Shown piece by piece: positions 15,964 through 23,737 of a stretch of DNA of 32,000 nt. The translations under genes were made by a program, and so were the position numbers. The stretch covers positions 1,290,001-1,322,000 of the forward strand of contig NC_009664.2 of the NCBI RefSeq assembly GCF_000017305.1, given 5' to 3'. The first letter of the stretch is position 1. Each line of letters begins with the position of its first letter. Source of the DNA: Kineococcus radiotolerans SRS30216 = ATCC BAA-149 (lineage in GTDB: Bacteria > Actinomycetota > Actinomycetes > Actinomycetales > Kineococcaceae). The notes beneath the pieces were generated by a model. The model was not told the DNA's origin. It was given only the letters and a program-made list of their open reading frames with translations, and ran no database searches.

Positions 15964-16658
15964 AGCAGACCCCTCTCGATGATGGTCTTGACGTTGGCGT
16001 CCTGGAGGACCTCGACGTTGTGCCCCGGGGTGGCGACGAAGATCCGCCCCTTCCCCCACTGCCGGGTCCAGATGGCCGGGGAGGTGACGGGACGGTTCCA
16101 CGGGTCCCAGGCCCGGACGGCCTGGGTGGTCGTGGCGAGGACGTCGACGTAGTCGTCGGACAGGACCCAGTACTGCTCGGTGACGAGGTCGAAGTCCCCG
16201 ATGCCCTGCGTGATGGGGTGCTCGGCCGCGGCCGGGAGCATGTTCACCGTGTAGGGCACGTAGTTGTCCGGCTGTCCGCCGGTGCGCTCCTCGGGGGCCT
16301 TGCCCGGGTGGCAGCCGAACTGCCCGCCGATCAGGGTCAGGTAGTCGGAGTTGTTGCGGTAGGAGTCCGCGATCCCGCCGTGCCAGCCCGCCAGGCCCGT
16401 GCCGGCCTCGACGGCCGCGCGCAGGCCCTCGAACTCCTCCTTCTCGATGGTGTTCATCGTGTTGCACTGCACGACCAGGTCGACGGTCGCCATGTACTCG
16501 GCGTCGGCGTAGACCGCCGGGGTCCCGCCCGTCGCGGCGACGTCCTCGACGCGGACGGTGAAGCCGTTCGCCTCCAGGTGCGGGATGAACAGGTCGGTGG
16601 CCTCGACGGGCATGTGCCCGTCCCAGCCGCCGCGGACGACGAGAGCCTGGCGAGTCAC
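15948..16658 (-). CDS. ThuA domain-containing protein (trehalose-utilisation-like, class I glutamine amidotransferase-like fold)
   Basis: A 236-aa ORF with ALVVRGGWDGH, LAGWHGG and GRIFVATPGH, which are typical ThuA features. Confidence 0.85.
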   Translation of the reverse strand: MTRQALVVRGGWDGHMPVEATDLFIPHLEANGFTVRVEDVAATGGTPAVYADAEYMATVDLVVQCNTMNTIEKEEFEGLRAAVEAGTGLAGWHGGIADSYRNNSDYLTLIGGQFGCHPGKAPEERTGGQPDNYVPYTVNMLPAAAEHPITQGIGDFDLVTEQYWVLSDDYVDVLATTTQAVRAWDPWNRPVTSPAIWTRQWGKGRIFVATPGHNVEVLQDANVKTIIERGLLWAAR

Positions 16659-16698
16659 GAGTGGAACCTTCCGGCGCGAGCGCGGGTCGTGGAGCAGA

Positions 16699-17589
16699 TC
16701 ACTTGGAGAAGCCGGCGGTGAGGCCGGAGAGCAGCTGGCGGCGGCCGACGATGTAGAGCACGAGGATCGGCAGCGTGGTCAGCACGACGGAGGCGAGGAC
16801 GGCGGGGATGTTGACGCTGTACTGCCCCTGGAAGGTCCACAGCGCCAGCGGCAGGACGCGCAGGTCGGCCCGGTCGGTGAGGATGAGCGGGAGGAGGAAG
16901 CCGTTCCAGATCTGCAGGCCCTGGTAGATCGTCACCGTGACCAGCGCGGGGCGGGTCAGCGGGAACGCCAGGCGCCACATGGTGCCCCACTCGCTGGAGC
17001 CGTCCATCCGCATGGCCTCGAACAGCTCGTTCGGGACGTCGCGGACGAAGTTGCTGAGGATCAGCACCGTCAGCGGGATGGCGAAGGCGATCGACGGCAG
17101 GATCAGCGCGCCGAGCGAGTTGTACATCCCGCTCTTGATGATGATCAGGTAGATCGGGATGATCGTCGCCTGCAGCGGGATGGCCAGGCCCATGAGGAAC
17201 AGGGCGTTGACCGCCTTCAGCCACCGGCCCGCACCGCGGACGATGGCGAAGGCCGCCATGAACGAGACGAGGACCGCGGGGATCGTGGCCCCCACCGTCA
17301 CGATGACGGAGTTCATGAAGTAGCGCGCGAAGTCGTTCTCGAGCACCAGCTTGTAGTTGTCCAGCGTCGGCTCGGACGCCGGGAGCAGCGGGTTGGTGCC
17401 GAAGTAGCCGGCGGAGCTCTTGAAGCTGGTGATCACGATCCAGTAGATCGGGATCAGCACGATCAGCAGCCAGAGCCAGCCGAAGGCGCCGCCGAGCCAG
17501 TTCTTGCGCTCGGTCGAGCCGCGACGGGAACCGGAGGGGCTGGACTTGCCGGTGCGGGCCGCGGGGTTCGCGGCGGCTTGCGTGGCCAT
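16699..17589 (-). CDS. Carbohydrate ABC transporter permease (CUT1, MalG-like)
   Basis: A 296-aa ORF with 6 TM helices and the EAA loop EAMRMDGSSEWGTMWRLAFPLTRPAL. Confidence 0.9.
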   Translation of the reverse strand: MATQAAANPAARTGKSSPSGSRRGSTERKNWLGGAFGWLWLLIVLIPIYWIVITSFKSSAGYFGTNPLLPASEPTLDNYKLVLENDFARYFMNSVIVTVGATIPAVLVSFMAAFAIVRGAGRWLKAVNALFLMGLAIPLQATIIPIYLIIIKSGMYNSLGALILPSIAFAIPLTVLILSNFVRDVPNELFEAMRMDGSSEWGTMWRLAFPLTRPALVTVTIYQGLQIWNGFLLPLILTDRADLRVLPLALWTFQGQYSVNIPAVLASVVLTTLPILVLYIVGRRQLLSGLTAGFSK

Positions 17590-17592
17590 CGG

Positions 17593-18522
17593 TCAGGCCC
17601 CTTCCAGCTGGGAGTTGCGTTCCTTGCCGCCGAGGCGCTGCAGCACCTGCGCCAGGACCAGGCCGACGACGACGAGGATCACCGCGATGGCCGAGGCCAG
17701 ACCCATCTGGTTGGCCCGGAAGCCGGTGAGGTACATGTCCAGGGCCAGGACGCGGGTCGCGTCGTTCGGCCCGCCCTGGGTCAGGACGAAGATGAGGTCG
17801 AACGTGGTGAGCGACCCGACGATCATGAGGGTGGAGGACGTGATCAGCGTGTTCTTCAGCTGCGGCAGCGTGATGGAGAAGAACTGCCGCACCCGCCCGG
17901 CCCCGTCGATCTGGGCGGCCTCGTACATCGAGGTCGGGATCTGGCGGATGGCGCCTTGGTAGATCAGCGAGTGGAACGGGATCCACTGCCAGGCGATGAT
18001 GAAGATCACGACGCCCATGGCCAGCGCCGGGCGGCCCAGCCAGTCCTGGGTGAGGAACCCCAGGTTCAGGCCCGGGCCGAGGCCGAAGTTCGGGTCGAGC
18101 AGCGCCTTGTAGGCGATCGAGACCGCCGCGGCCGACAGCAGCAGCGGCAGGAAGAACAGGACCGCCAGCAGGGCCCGGTACTTCTGGTGGCCGGAGATGA
18201 AGACCCCGAGCAGGATCGACAGCGGCGTCTGGGCGATCCAGGAGAGCACGATCACCAGGAACGTGACCCACAGCGCGTGCGGGAGACCCGGGTCCGTGAG
18301 CACGGCGGTCCAGCTCGTGAGCCCGGTGAACGAGATGTCCCCGATGCCGTCCCAGGAGGTGAAGCTGAGGACGAACACCCCGATCAGCGGGACCACCGCG
18401 AAGGCGACGAAGATCAGCAGCGCCGGCAGCACCAGCCAGCCCAGGCGGCCCGTCGAGGTGTGGGCCGCCGACGGGACCTTGGCCGAGGTGGAGCTGGGCG
18501 CCGCGCTCACGGACGTGCTCAC
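17593..18522 (-). CDS. Sugar ABC transporter permease (CUT1, MalF-like)
   Basis: A 309-aa ORF with the EAA loop EAAQIDGAGRVRQFFSITLPQL. Its GTG start overlaps the upstream stop (GTGA). Confidence 0.9.
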   Translation of the reverse strand: MSTSVSAAPSSTSAKVPSAAHTSTGRLGWLVLPALLIFVAFAVVPLIGVFVLSFTSWDGIGDISFTGLTSWTAVLTDPGLPHALWVTFLVIVLSWIAQTPLSILLGVFISGHQKYRALLAVLFFLPLLLSAAAVSIAYKALLDPNFGLGPGLNLGFLTQDWLGRPALAMGVVIFIIAWQWIPFHSLIYQGAIRQIPTSMYEAAQIDGAGRVRQFFSITLPQLKNTLITSSTLMIVGSLTTFDLIFVLTQGGPNDATRVLALDMYLTGFRANQMGLASAIAVILVVVGLVLAQVLQRLGGKERNSQLEGA

Positions 18523-19847
18523 GAGCCGATCGCCGCGTTCATGTTGGCGGCGAACTCCTGCGGGGTGATCGCCAGGCCGAACAGCTTCTCGATGTTGTCG
18601 AGCAGGGTCTCAGCCTCGGTCGGGGACAGCGCCTGGTCCCAGGACTGCGCGAAGGACGGCGCGTTCGTGGCGAGGTCGTAGGTGAACTTCAGCCACTCCT
18701 CGTCCTCCATGCCCGCGAACTTGGCGTCGATGCCCTTGACGATCGGGACCTCGCCGGCCTCGGTGATGTAGGCCTCGGCCTCCTTCTCCTGCAGCAGGCC
18801 GTCCTTGAAGAAGGCCAGCGCGATGTCCTTCTGGGCCTGGGTGGCCTTGGAGGAGATCGACACGTACTGCGCGGGGTTGCCGAAGGTGTTCATCGGGTCG
18901 CCCTTGCCGCCGGTGACGGCGGGGAAGTTCATGTAGCCGAGGTTGCCGCCGGAGACGAAGTCGCCGCCGTCGGTCTTCATGCCGCCGTAGGTCCAGGTGC
19001 CGTGCAGCATCATGGCGGCCTTGTCGGTGTAGAGCAGGGCCTGGTCGGCGTTGGAGTCGGCCGTGATCGAGGCGAAGCCCTTGATGAAGCCGTCGGCCTT
19101 GACGAGGTCCTGCACCTTGGTGAGGGCGTCGATCGCGGCCGGGTCGGTCCAGGCGGGGGTGCCGTTGTAGATGGACTCGAACAGCTCGGGGCCGCCGATG
19201 CGGTCGAAGAGCATCTCCAGCCACATCATGTTCGTCCAGCGCGACTGCCCGCCGAGGGAGATCGGGGCGATGCCGGCGGCGTTGAACTTCGGCACCAGGG
19301 CCATGAGCTCGTCCCAGGTGGCGGGCGGCTCGGCGCCGATCTGGGTGAAGAGCTTCTTGTTGTAGAAGAAGACCAGCGGCTGCACGGTCTCGGTGGGCAG
19401 GCCGTAGACCTTGTCCTCGACCGTCCCGGCGGCGAAGGCGGCGTCGAAGAGGCGCTCCTTGACCTGGGGGTTCTCCGTCAGCCACGGGGTCAGGTCGTCG
19501 ACCAGCCCGGACTCGGCGTAGTTGCGCAGCGTGCCGCCACCCCAGCCGAAGATGATGGTGGGGGCCTGACCGGCGCCGATGGCGGTCTTGATCTTGGCCT
19601 TGAAGGCGTCGTTCTGGAACGCGCTGACGGTGATCTGCTGGTCCTCGTGCGCCGAGTTCCAGTCCTCGCGGGCGGTCTTGCGGATGCCCTCCTTCGGGGC
19701 GCCCGTCAGGATCCAGTCGGTCGCCCCGTCGGAGCTGCCGCCGCCACCGGGACCGGAGTCACCGCAGGAGGCGAGGGCCGTGGCGACGAGGGGGGTCGCG
19801 GTGGCGAGGGCGAGGAAGGACCGACGCGAAGTCCGGTTGTGATCCAC
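18519..19847 (-). CDS. ABC transporter extracellular sugar-binding lipoprotein
   Basis: A 442-aa ORF. The Tat-like motif is SRRSFLAL and the lipobox is LASC. GGAGA lies upstream of the GTG at 19847. Confidence 0.9.
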   Translation of the reverse strand: MDHNRTSRRSFLALATATPLVATALASCGDSGPGGGGSSDGATDWILTGAPKEGIRKTAREDWNSAHEDQQITVSAFQNDAFKAKIKTAIGAGQAPTIIFGWGGGTLRNYAESGLVDDLTPWLTENPQVKERLFDAAFAAGTVEDKVYGLPTETVQPLVFFYNKKLFTQIGAEPPATWDELMALVPKFNAAGIAPISLGGQSRWTNMMWLEMLFDRIGGPELFESIYNGTPAWTDPAAIDALTKVQDLVKADGFIKGFASITADSNADQALLYTDKAAMMLHGTWTYGGMKTDGGDFVSGGNLGYMNFPAVTGGKGDPMNTFGNPAQYVSISSKATQAQKDIALAFFKDGLLQEKEAEAYITEAGEVPIVKGIDAKFAGMEDEEWLKFTYDLATNAPSFAQSWDQALSPTEAETLLDNIEKLFGLAITPQEFAANMNAAIGS

Positions 19848-19928
19848 TCTGATCTCCGATGTGCCGAGCCGCGTCCCTGCGGCTGCTCAACTCGCCTGAC
19901 CCTGCTGGGCCCGGCGTCGAAACGTGAC

Positions 19929-19941
19929 CGAAAAGCTTTCG
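19929..19941. promoter_or_regulatory. Candidate LacI-family operator 1 (CGAAAAGCTTTCG)
   Basis: An AT-rich inverted repeat CGAAA-N3-TTTCG. It sits inside a longer imperfect palindrome cgtgaccgaaa/tttcgaccacg (9 of 11 arm matches) in the 296-bp divergent intergenic region. Confidence 0.5.
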
Positions 19942-20065
19942 ACCACGTCGTCTGCCGGGAACGATAAGAGCCCGGTGGTGTCGCGGTCAAGCGACTCCCG
20001 CGAGTCCGTCCGAGAACCTCCCCTCCCCCATGCGGGAGTAGGCGCTCCAGGTGTCGATCGGGTCA

Positions 20066-20077
20066 CGAAAGTTTTCG
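20066..20077. promoter_or_regulatory. Candidate LacI-family operator 2 (CGAAAGTTTTCG)
   Basis: Five of six palindromic pairs match. It is nearly identical to the reverse complement of site 1 (CGAAAGCTTTTCG), differing by one base in length. It lies about 67 nt upstream of the LacI start. Confidence 0.5.
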
Positions 20078-20143
20078 AGAAGTGCTGGCGCCCGGAGCCT
20101 GCGTGCTCCTACACTCGCCCCACCACCGAGTCGAGGAGGACCC

Positions 20144-21196
20144 GTGCTGGACCATTCGCAGCGCACCCGGGACAACCCCGGGGACAAGACCACGCTGGCC
20201 ACGATCGCCGCCCGGGCCGGCGTCTCGATCGCCACCGTGTCCAAGGTGGTCAACGGCCGCGAGGACGTCTCCGCCGAGACCCGCGCGGTGGTCGAGGCCC
20301 TCCTGGTCCGCCACGACTACCGCCCGCCCGCGGGTCGCCGGGCCGGCGCCGCGACCACCACCGTCGAGTTCCTCATCGACGGGGACTTCTCCTCCTACGC
20401 CACCGCCGTCGTCGACGGGGTCGTGGAGGCGGCCGGGGAGCAGGGCGCCGCCGTCGTGGTGGGGGTGCTGCGCGACCAGCGCGGCGGGCGCTTCCCCGTG
20501 CCGCCCCGCTCGTGGGCGCGCGGCCTGGCCGCCGCGGGGCGCACCGGCGTCATCGTCGTCACCGGCGAGCTGACCGGCGCGCACGTGGACGCGCTGACCG
20601 CGGTCAAGATTCCGCTCGTGGTGATCGACCCGCTGAACCTGCCCCGCAGCGAGGTCGCCAGCGTGGGGTCGACGAACTTCACCGGCGGCATGAGCGCCAC
20701 GAACCACCTCATCGGGCAGGGCCACCGCCGGATCGCCTACGTCGGGGGTCCCCCCGGCGCCTCCTGCAACCAGGCCCGCCTGCACGGCTACCGCGCGGCC
20801 ATGGAGTACGCGGGGCTGGCCCCGGCCGAGAACCACGTCCTCAACGAGGACTTCCAGTACGACTCCGGCCGCCGGCTGGGCGCGGAGCTGCTGGCCCGCC
20901 CCGACCGCCCCACCGCCGTCGTCGGCGGCTGCGACTCCATCGCCCTCGGGGTCATGGAGGCGGCCCGCGTCCTGGGGCTGCGCATCCCCGAGGACCTCTC
21001 GGTCACCGGGTTCGACGACACCGAGCTGGCCCCCATGGCCGCTCCCCCGCTGACGACCGTGCGCCAGCCGCTGCGGGAGATGGGGCGCGTCGCGCTGCGG
21101 ACCGTGCTGCGGATGGCCGGCGGGGAGCAGCTGGACTCCCACCACGTCGAGCTCGCCACCGAGCTCGTCGTCCGGGGGTCCACCGCCCGGGTCTGA
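20144..21196 (+). CDS. LacI family transcriptional regulator
   Basis: The GTG at 20144 is preceded by GAGGAGGA 3 nt upstream. The HTH is TLATIAARAGVSIATVSKVVNGR, followed by a periplasmic-binding-fold sugar-sensor domain. Confidence 0.88.
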   Translation: MLDHSQRTRDNPGDKTTLATIAARAGVSIATVSKVVNGREDVSAETRAVVEALLVRHDYRPPAGRRAGAATTTVEFLIDGDFSSYATAVVDGVVEAAGEQGAAVVVGVLRDQRGGRFPVPPRSWARGLAAAGRTGVIVVTGELTGAHVDALTAVKIPLVVIDPLNLPRSEVASVGSTNFTGGMSATNHLIGQGHRRIAYVGGPPGASCNQARLHGYRAAMEYAGLAPAENHVLNEDFQYDSGRRLGAELLARPDRPTAVVGGCDSIALGVMEAARVLGLRIPEDLSVTGFDDTELAPMAAPPLTTVRQPLREMGRVALRTVLRMAGGEQLDSHHVELATELVVRGSTARV

Positions 21197-21197
21197 C

Positions 21198-21224
21198 GCC
21201 CGGGCCCGCCTCCGACGCCCGGGC
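21198..21224. terminator. Hairpin formed by two copies of the self-complementary GCCCGGGC between convergent genes
   Basis: gacgcccgggccc is directly repeated at 21195..21207 and 21214..21226. The palindromic cores (21198..21205 and 21217..21224) can pair as an 8-bp stem with an 11-nt loop. Confidence 0.4.
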
Positions 21225-21231
21225 CCCCGGC

Positions 21232-21588
21232 TCAGCGGCGGGCGTCCTCCAGGGCCGCCAGGAACCGCGCGACCTCGTCCGCCGCGGCCGGGGTCGCGAA
21301 CCGCACCGCCCGCCCGGAGACCTTCAGGACGAGGCGGCAGCCGCCGAGGAGGGCCGGCCGGGGCCGGCAGCTGCCCGCCCCGACCTCCGACAGCGCCACC
21401 GAGGCCACCGAGGGCCCCCCGAGCAGCTGCGGCTGGGCCAGCCACAACCGCTCCGGGCCGACGGCGAGCGCCCCCGCCCCGCCCAGGGCCCCGCCGGACA
21501 GCGTCAGCTCGGCGAGGACGCGCTCACCGTCCTGGGCCATCCGGCCGGTCAGCAGGGCGCGGGCCGCGGTGGGGTCGGAGGAGAGCAC
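21232..21588 (-). CDS. Hypothetical protein (118 aa), possibly bacterial PH-like
   Basis: GC3 is near 100% in this frame. The GTG at 21588 has AGGA about 8 nt upstream. It starts 9 nt after the DUF4037 gene stop. No firm motif was recognised. Confidence 0.5.
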   Translation of the reverse strand: MLSSDPTAARALLTGRMAQDGERVLAELTLSGGALGGAGALAVGPERLWLAQPQLLGGPSVASVALSEVGAGSCRPRPALLGGCRLVLKVSGRAVRFATPAAADEVARFLAALEDARR

Positions 21589-21597
21589 CGGACCGTC

Positions 21598-22647
21598 CTA
21601 CCACCCGGGCCCGTGCAGCGCGGCCGTGACCGCGCGCCGCCGGTCGGGGCGGACGAGGACGTCGACCGCGCCGACCCACTGCTCCACCGACCCGGCCCCG
21701 ACCGGGAGCGCGCGCACCGCCGGGTCGGTGACGCCGGCGAGCAGGACGGTGGCCGCCTCCTCCGGGACGCCGCGGAACGGCCGGTCGTGGAACGGGGCGG
21801 TGGCCGCCCCGGGCACCGGCAGCCCGACCTCGCGCTGCCGTGCGCGCAGCCCCTCCAGCGCCGCGCACAGCGCCGCCTCCCGCTCCCGCCAGTCCCCGGC
21901 GGCGAGGCAGGCCGCGAGGTCCCCCGCGACCCGCCCCGAGGGTGAGCGCGCGAACACCGTCCCGGTCCACTTCGGGTAGGGCGCCCAGGCGCGGTCCAGC
22001 AGCAGGCCCAGCCGGACGGCGACGTCGACGAGGCGCGCCGCGACGACGCGCGAGCCCAGGTCGTCGCCGCGCGACCCCGCCCGGCCCACGAACGGCAGTT
22101 CCTGCTCCAGCTGCCTCCAGCCGCAGGCGAGCAGGTAGCGCCGGAGGTCGTCGGGGTGGTGGGCCAGGCGCCCGCGCAGCCGGGCCCAGCGCCCCTCGTC
22201 GTCGGCGAAGACGGGCCCGGCGACCAGTTCCAGCACCGACTGACCGGTGAAGCCGAGCCAGTCCGTCACCGACCACGGCGCGTCGGGCCCGACGCCCAGG
22301 CGCTGGACGACGAACTCCTCCACGGTCGCCACCTCCACCCGGTGGCGGACGACGGGGTCCCAGGTCGTGGCGAAGCGGACGGGGTGCCCGGCGAAGGCGA
22401 CCGGCAGGCGGGCCTCGAGGAACTCCCCGGCCCCGGGGGCCTCGGCCAGGACGGTCAGCCGCAGCCCCCAGTCGTGGTCGGTGGACACCTCGTCGTCGAG
22501 GCCCAGCACGTCCGACCCCGAGCCGAACCGGCCCGCGACCAGGGGCAGCGCGGGGGAGCGGGCGCGCAGCAGGGGGGCGACGACCTCGTCGTGGAAGGTG
22601 CGGGCCAGGGCGGTCCCCGACCCCGCGCCGCGGGCGGGACGGCTCAG
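21598..22647 (-). CDS. DUF4037 domain-containing (nucleotidyltransferase-fold-like) protein; start codon unresolved
   Basis: The conserved-looking N-terminus is FHDEVVAPLL..GRFGSGSDVLGLDDEVSTDHDWG. There is no in-frame ATG, GTG or TTG between far inside the upstream AKR gene and the GTG at 22509, which lies after the GSGS motif. The upper coordinate is set at the CTG that overlaps the AKR stop (cTGA). Confidence 0.6.
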   Translation of the reverse strand: MSRPARGAGSGTALARTFHDEVVAPLLRARSPALPLVAGRFGSGSDVLGLDDEVSTDHDWGLRLTVLAEAPGAGEFLEARLPVAFAGHPVRFATTWDPVVRHRVEVATVEEFVVQRLGVGPDAPWSVTDWLGFTGQSVLELVAGPVFADDEGRWARLRGRLAHHPDDLRRYLLACGWRQLEQELPFVGRAGSRGDDLGSRVVAARLVDVAVRLGLLLDRAWAPYPKWTGTVFARSPSGRVAGDLAACLAAGDWREREAALCAALEGLRARQREVGLPVPGAATAPFHDRPFRGVPEEAATVLLAGVTDPAVRALPVGAGSVEQWVGAVDVLVRPDRRRAVTAALHGPGW

Positions 22648-23693
22648 AGGTGGGGCCCCAGCAGGCTGAGGTCGGCCGCGGAGAGCCGGTCCTTCGCGGT
22701 GGCCGCCTGGTGCCAGTGCGGGTAGCGCAGCGGGACGGCGCTGACGGCGTCCAGCCGCGCCCGCTCCTCGGCGCCGAGGACGAGGTCGGCCGCGGCGAGG
22801 TTGTCGCTCAACTGCTCCTCGGTGCGGGCCCCCACGACGAGGGAGGTGACCCCGGGACGGCCCAGCAGCCACGCCAGCGCCACCTGCGCCGCGGAGACCC
22901 CGTGGGCGGCGCCCACCTCGACGAGGACGTCGACGACGTCGTAGAGCTTCTCCTCGTCGTGGACGGGGGGTTCGCTCCACTCCCCCAGGTGCCGCGACCC
23001 CTCGGGCGCGCTCGCGCCGCGGCGGTACTTGCCCGAGAGCAGCCCCCCGGCGAGCGGGCTCCACACGAGGATCCCGAGGTCCTGGTCCAGGGTGAGGGGG
23101 ACGAGCTCGTCCTCGGCGTCGCGGGCCTGCAGGGTGTAGTGGATCTGCTGGGAGACGTAGCGCTGGTACCCGCGGGCGTCGGAGGTCGCGAGCGCCTTCA
23201 TGAGCTGCCAGCCGGTGTAGTTCGACGCGCCGACGTAGCGGACCTTGCCCGAGCGGACGAGGGTGTCCAGGGCCTCCAGGGTCTCCTCCAGCGGGGTCTG
23301 GCCGTCCCACTCGTGGATCTGGTAGAGGTCGATGTGCTCGGTGCGCAGCCGCTTCAGGCTCCGCTCGACCGAGCGCACGAGGTGGTGGCGCGAGGCCCCG
23401 CCGTCGTTGGGGCCGGGGCCGACGACCATGCGGGCCTTCGTGGCCAGCAGGACGTCGTCGCGGCGGCCCTCCAGGACCTCGCCGGTGATCTCCTCGCTGA
23501 GACCGTCGGAGTACATGTCCGCGGTGTCGAAGAGGTTCACCCCCGCGTCCAGGGCGAGGTCGACCTGGCGCCGCGCCTGCGCGACGTCGGTGTTCCCCAC
23601 GGCGGCGAAGCCTCCCCGGCCGCCGAACGTCATCGTCCCCATCGTGATCGTCGAGACGCGCAGCCCCGACCTTCCCAGTCGCCGGTACTCCAT
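22644..23693 (-). CDS. Aldo/keto reductase
   Basis: Starts at the ATG at 23693 (MEYRRLGRSGLRVS). Motifs are FDTADMYS, HIDLYQIHEWD and VRYVGASN. The 874-aa track ORF upstream of this ATG is shadow of the LGFP gene. Confidence 0.9.
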   Translation of the reverse strand: MEYRRLGRSGLRVSTITMGTMTFGGRGGFAAVGNTDVAQARRQVDLALDAGVNLFDTADMYSDGLSEEITGEVLEGRRDDVLLATKARMVVGPGPNDGGASRHHLVRSVERSLKRLRTEHIDLYQIHEWDGQTPLEETLEALDTLVRSGKVRYVGASNYTGWQLMKALATSDARGYQRYVSQQIHYTLQARDAEDELVPLTLDQDLGILVWSPLAGGLLSGKYRRGASAPEGSRHLGEWSEPPVHDEEKLYDVVDVLVEVGAAHGVSAAQVALAWLLGRPGVTSLVVGARTEEQLSDNLAAADLVLGAEERARLDAVSAVPLRYPHWHQAATAKDRLSAADLSLLGPHL

Positions 23694-23737
23694 GGCCGCG
23701 ACGCTACCGGGCCTCGGGCCGGGCGCACCCGGGCGAC

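Noticed and set aside
16558-18681. A 707-aa plus-strand ORF rich in D/E/R/Q/G
   Set aside because: It is antisense to the two ABC permease genes, which show canonical EAA loops and TM helices. Its composition is not protein-like.
19924-21945. A 673-aa plus-strand ORF and the 460-aa minus-strand ORF 20063..21445 overlapping the LacI gene
   Set aside because: The LacI frame (20144..21196) has a canonical HTH and a strong RBS. These alternatives are Arg/Gly/Pro-rich shadows.
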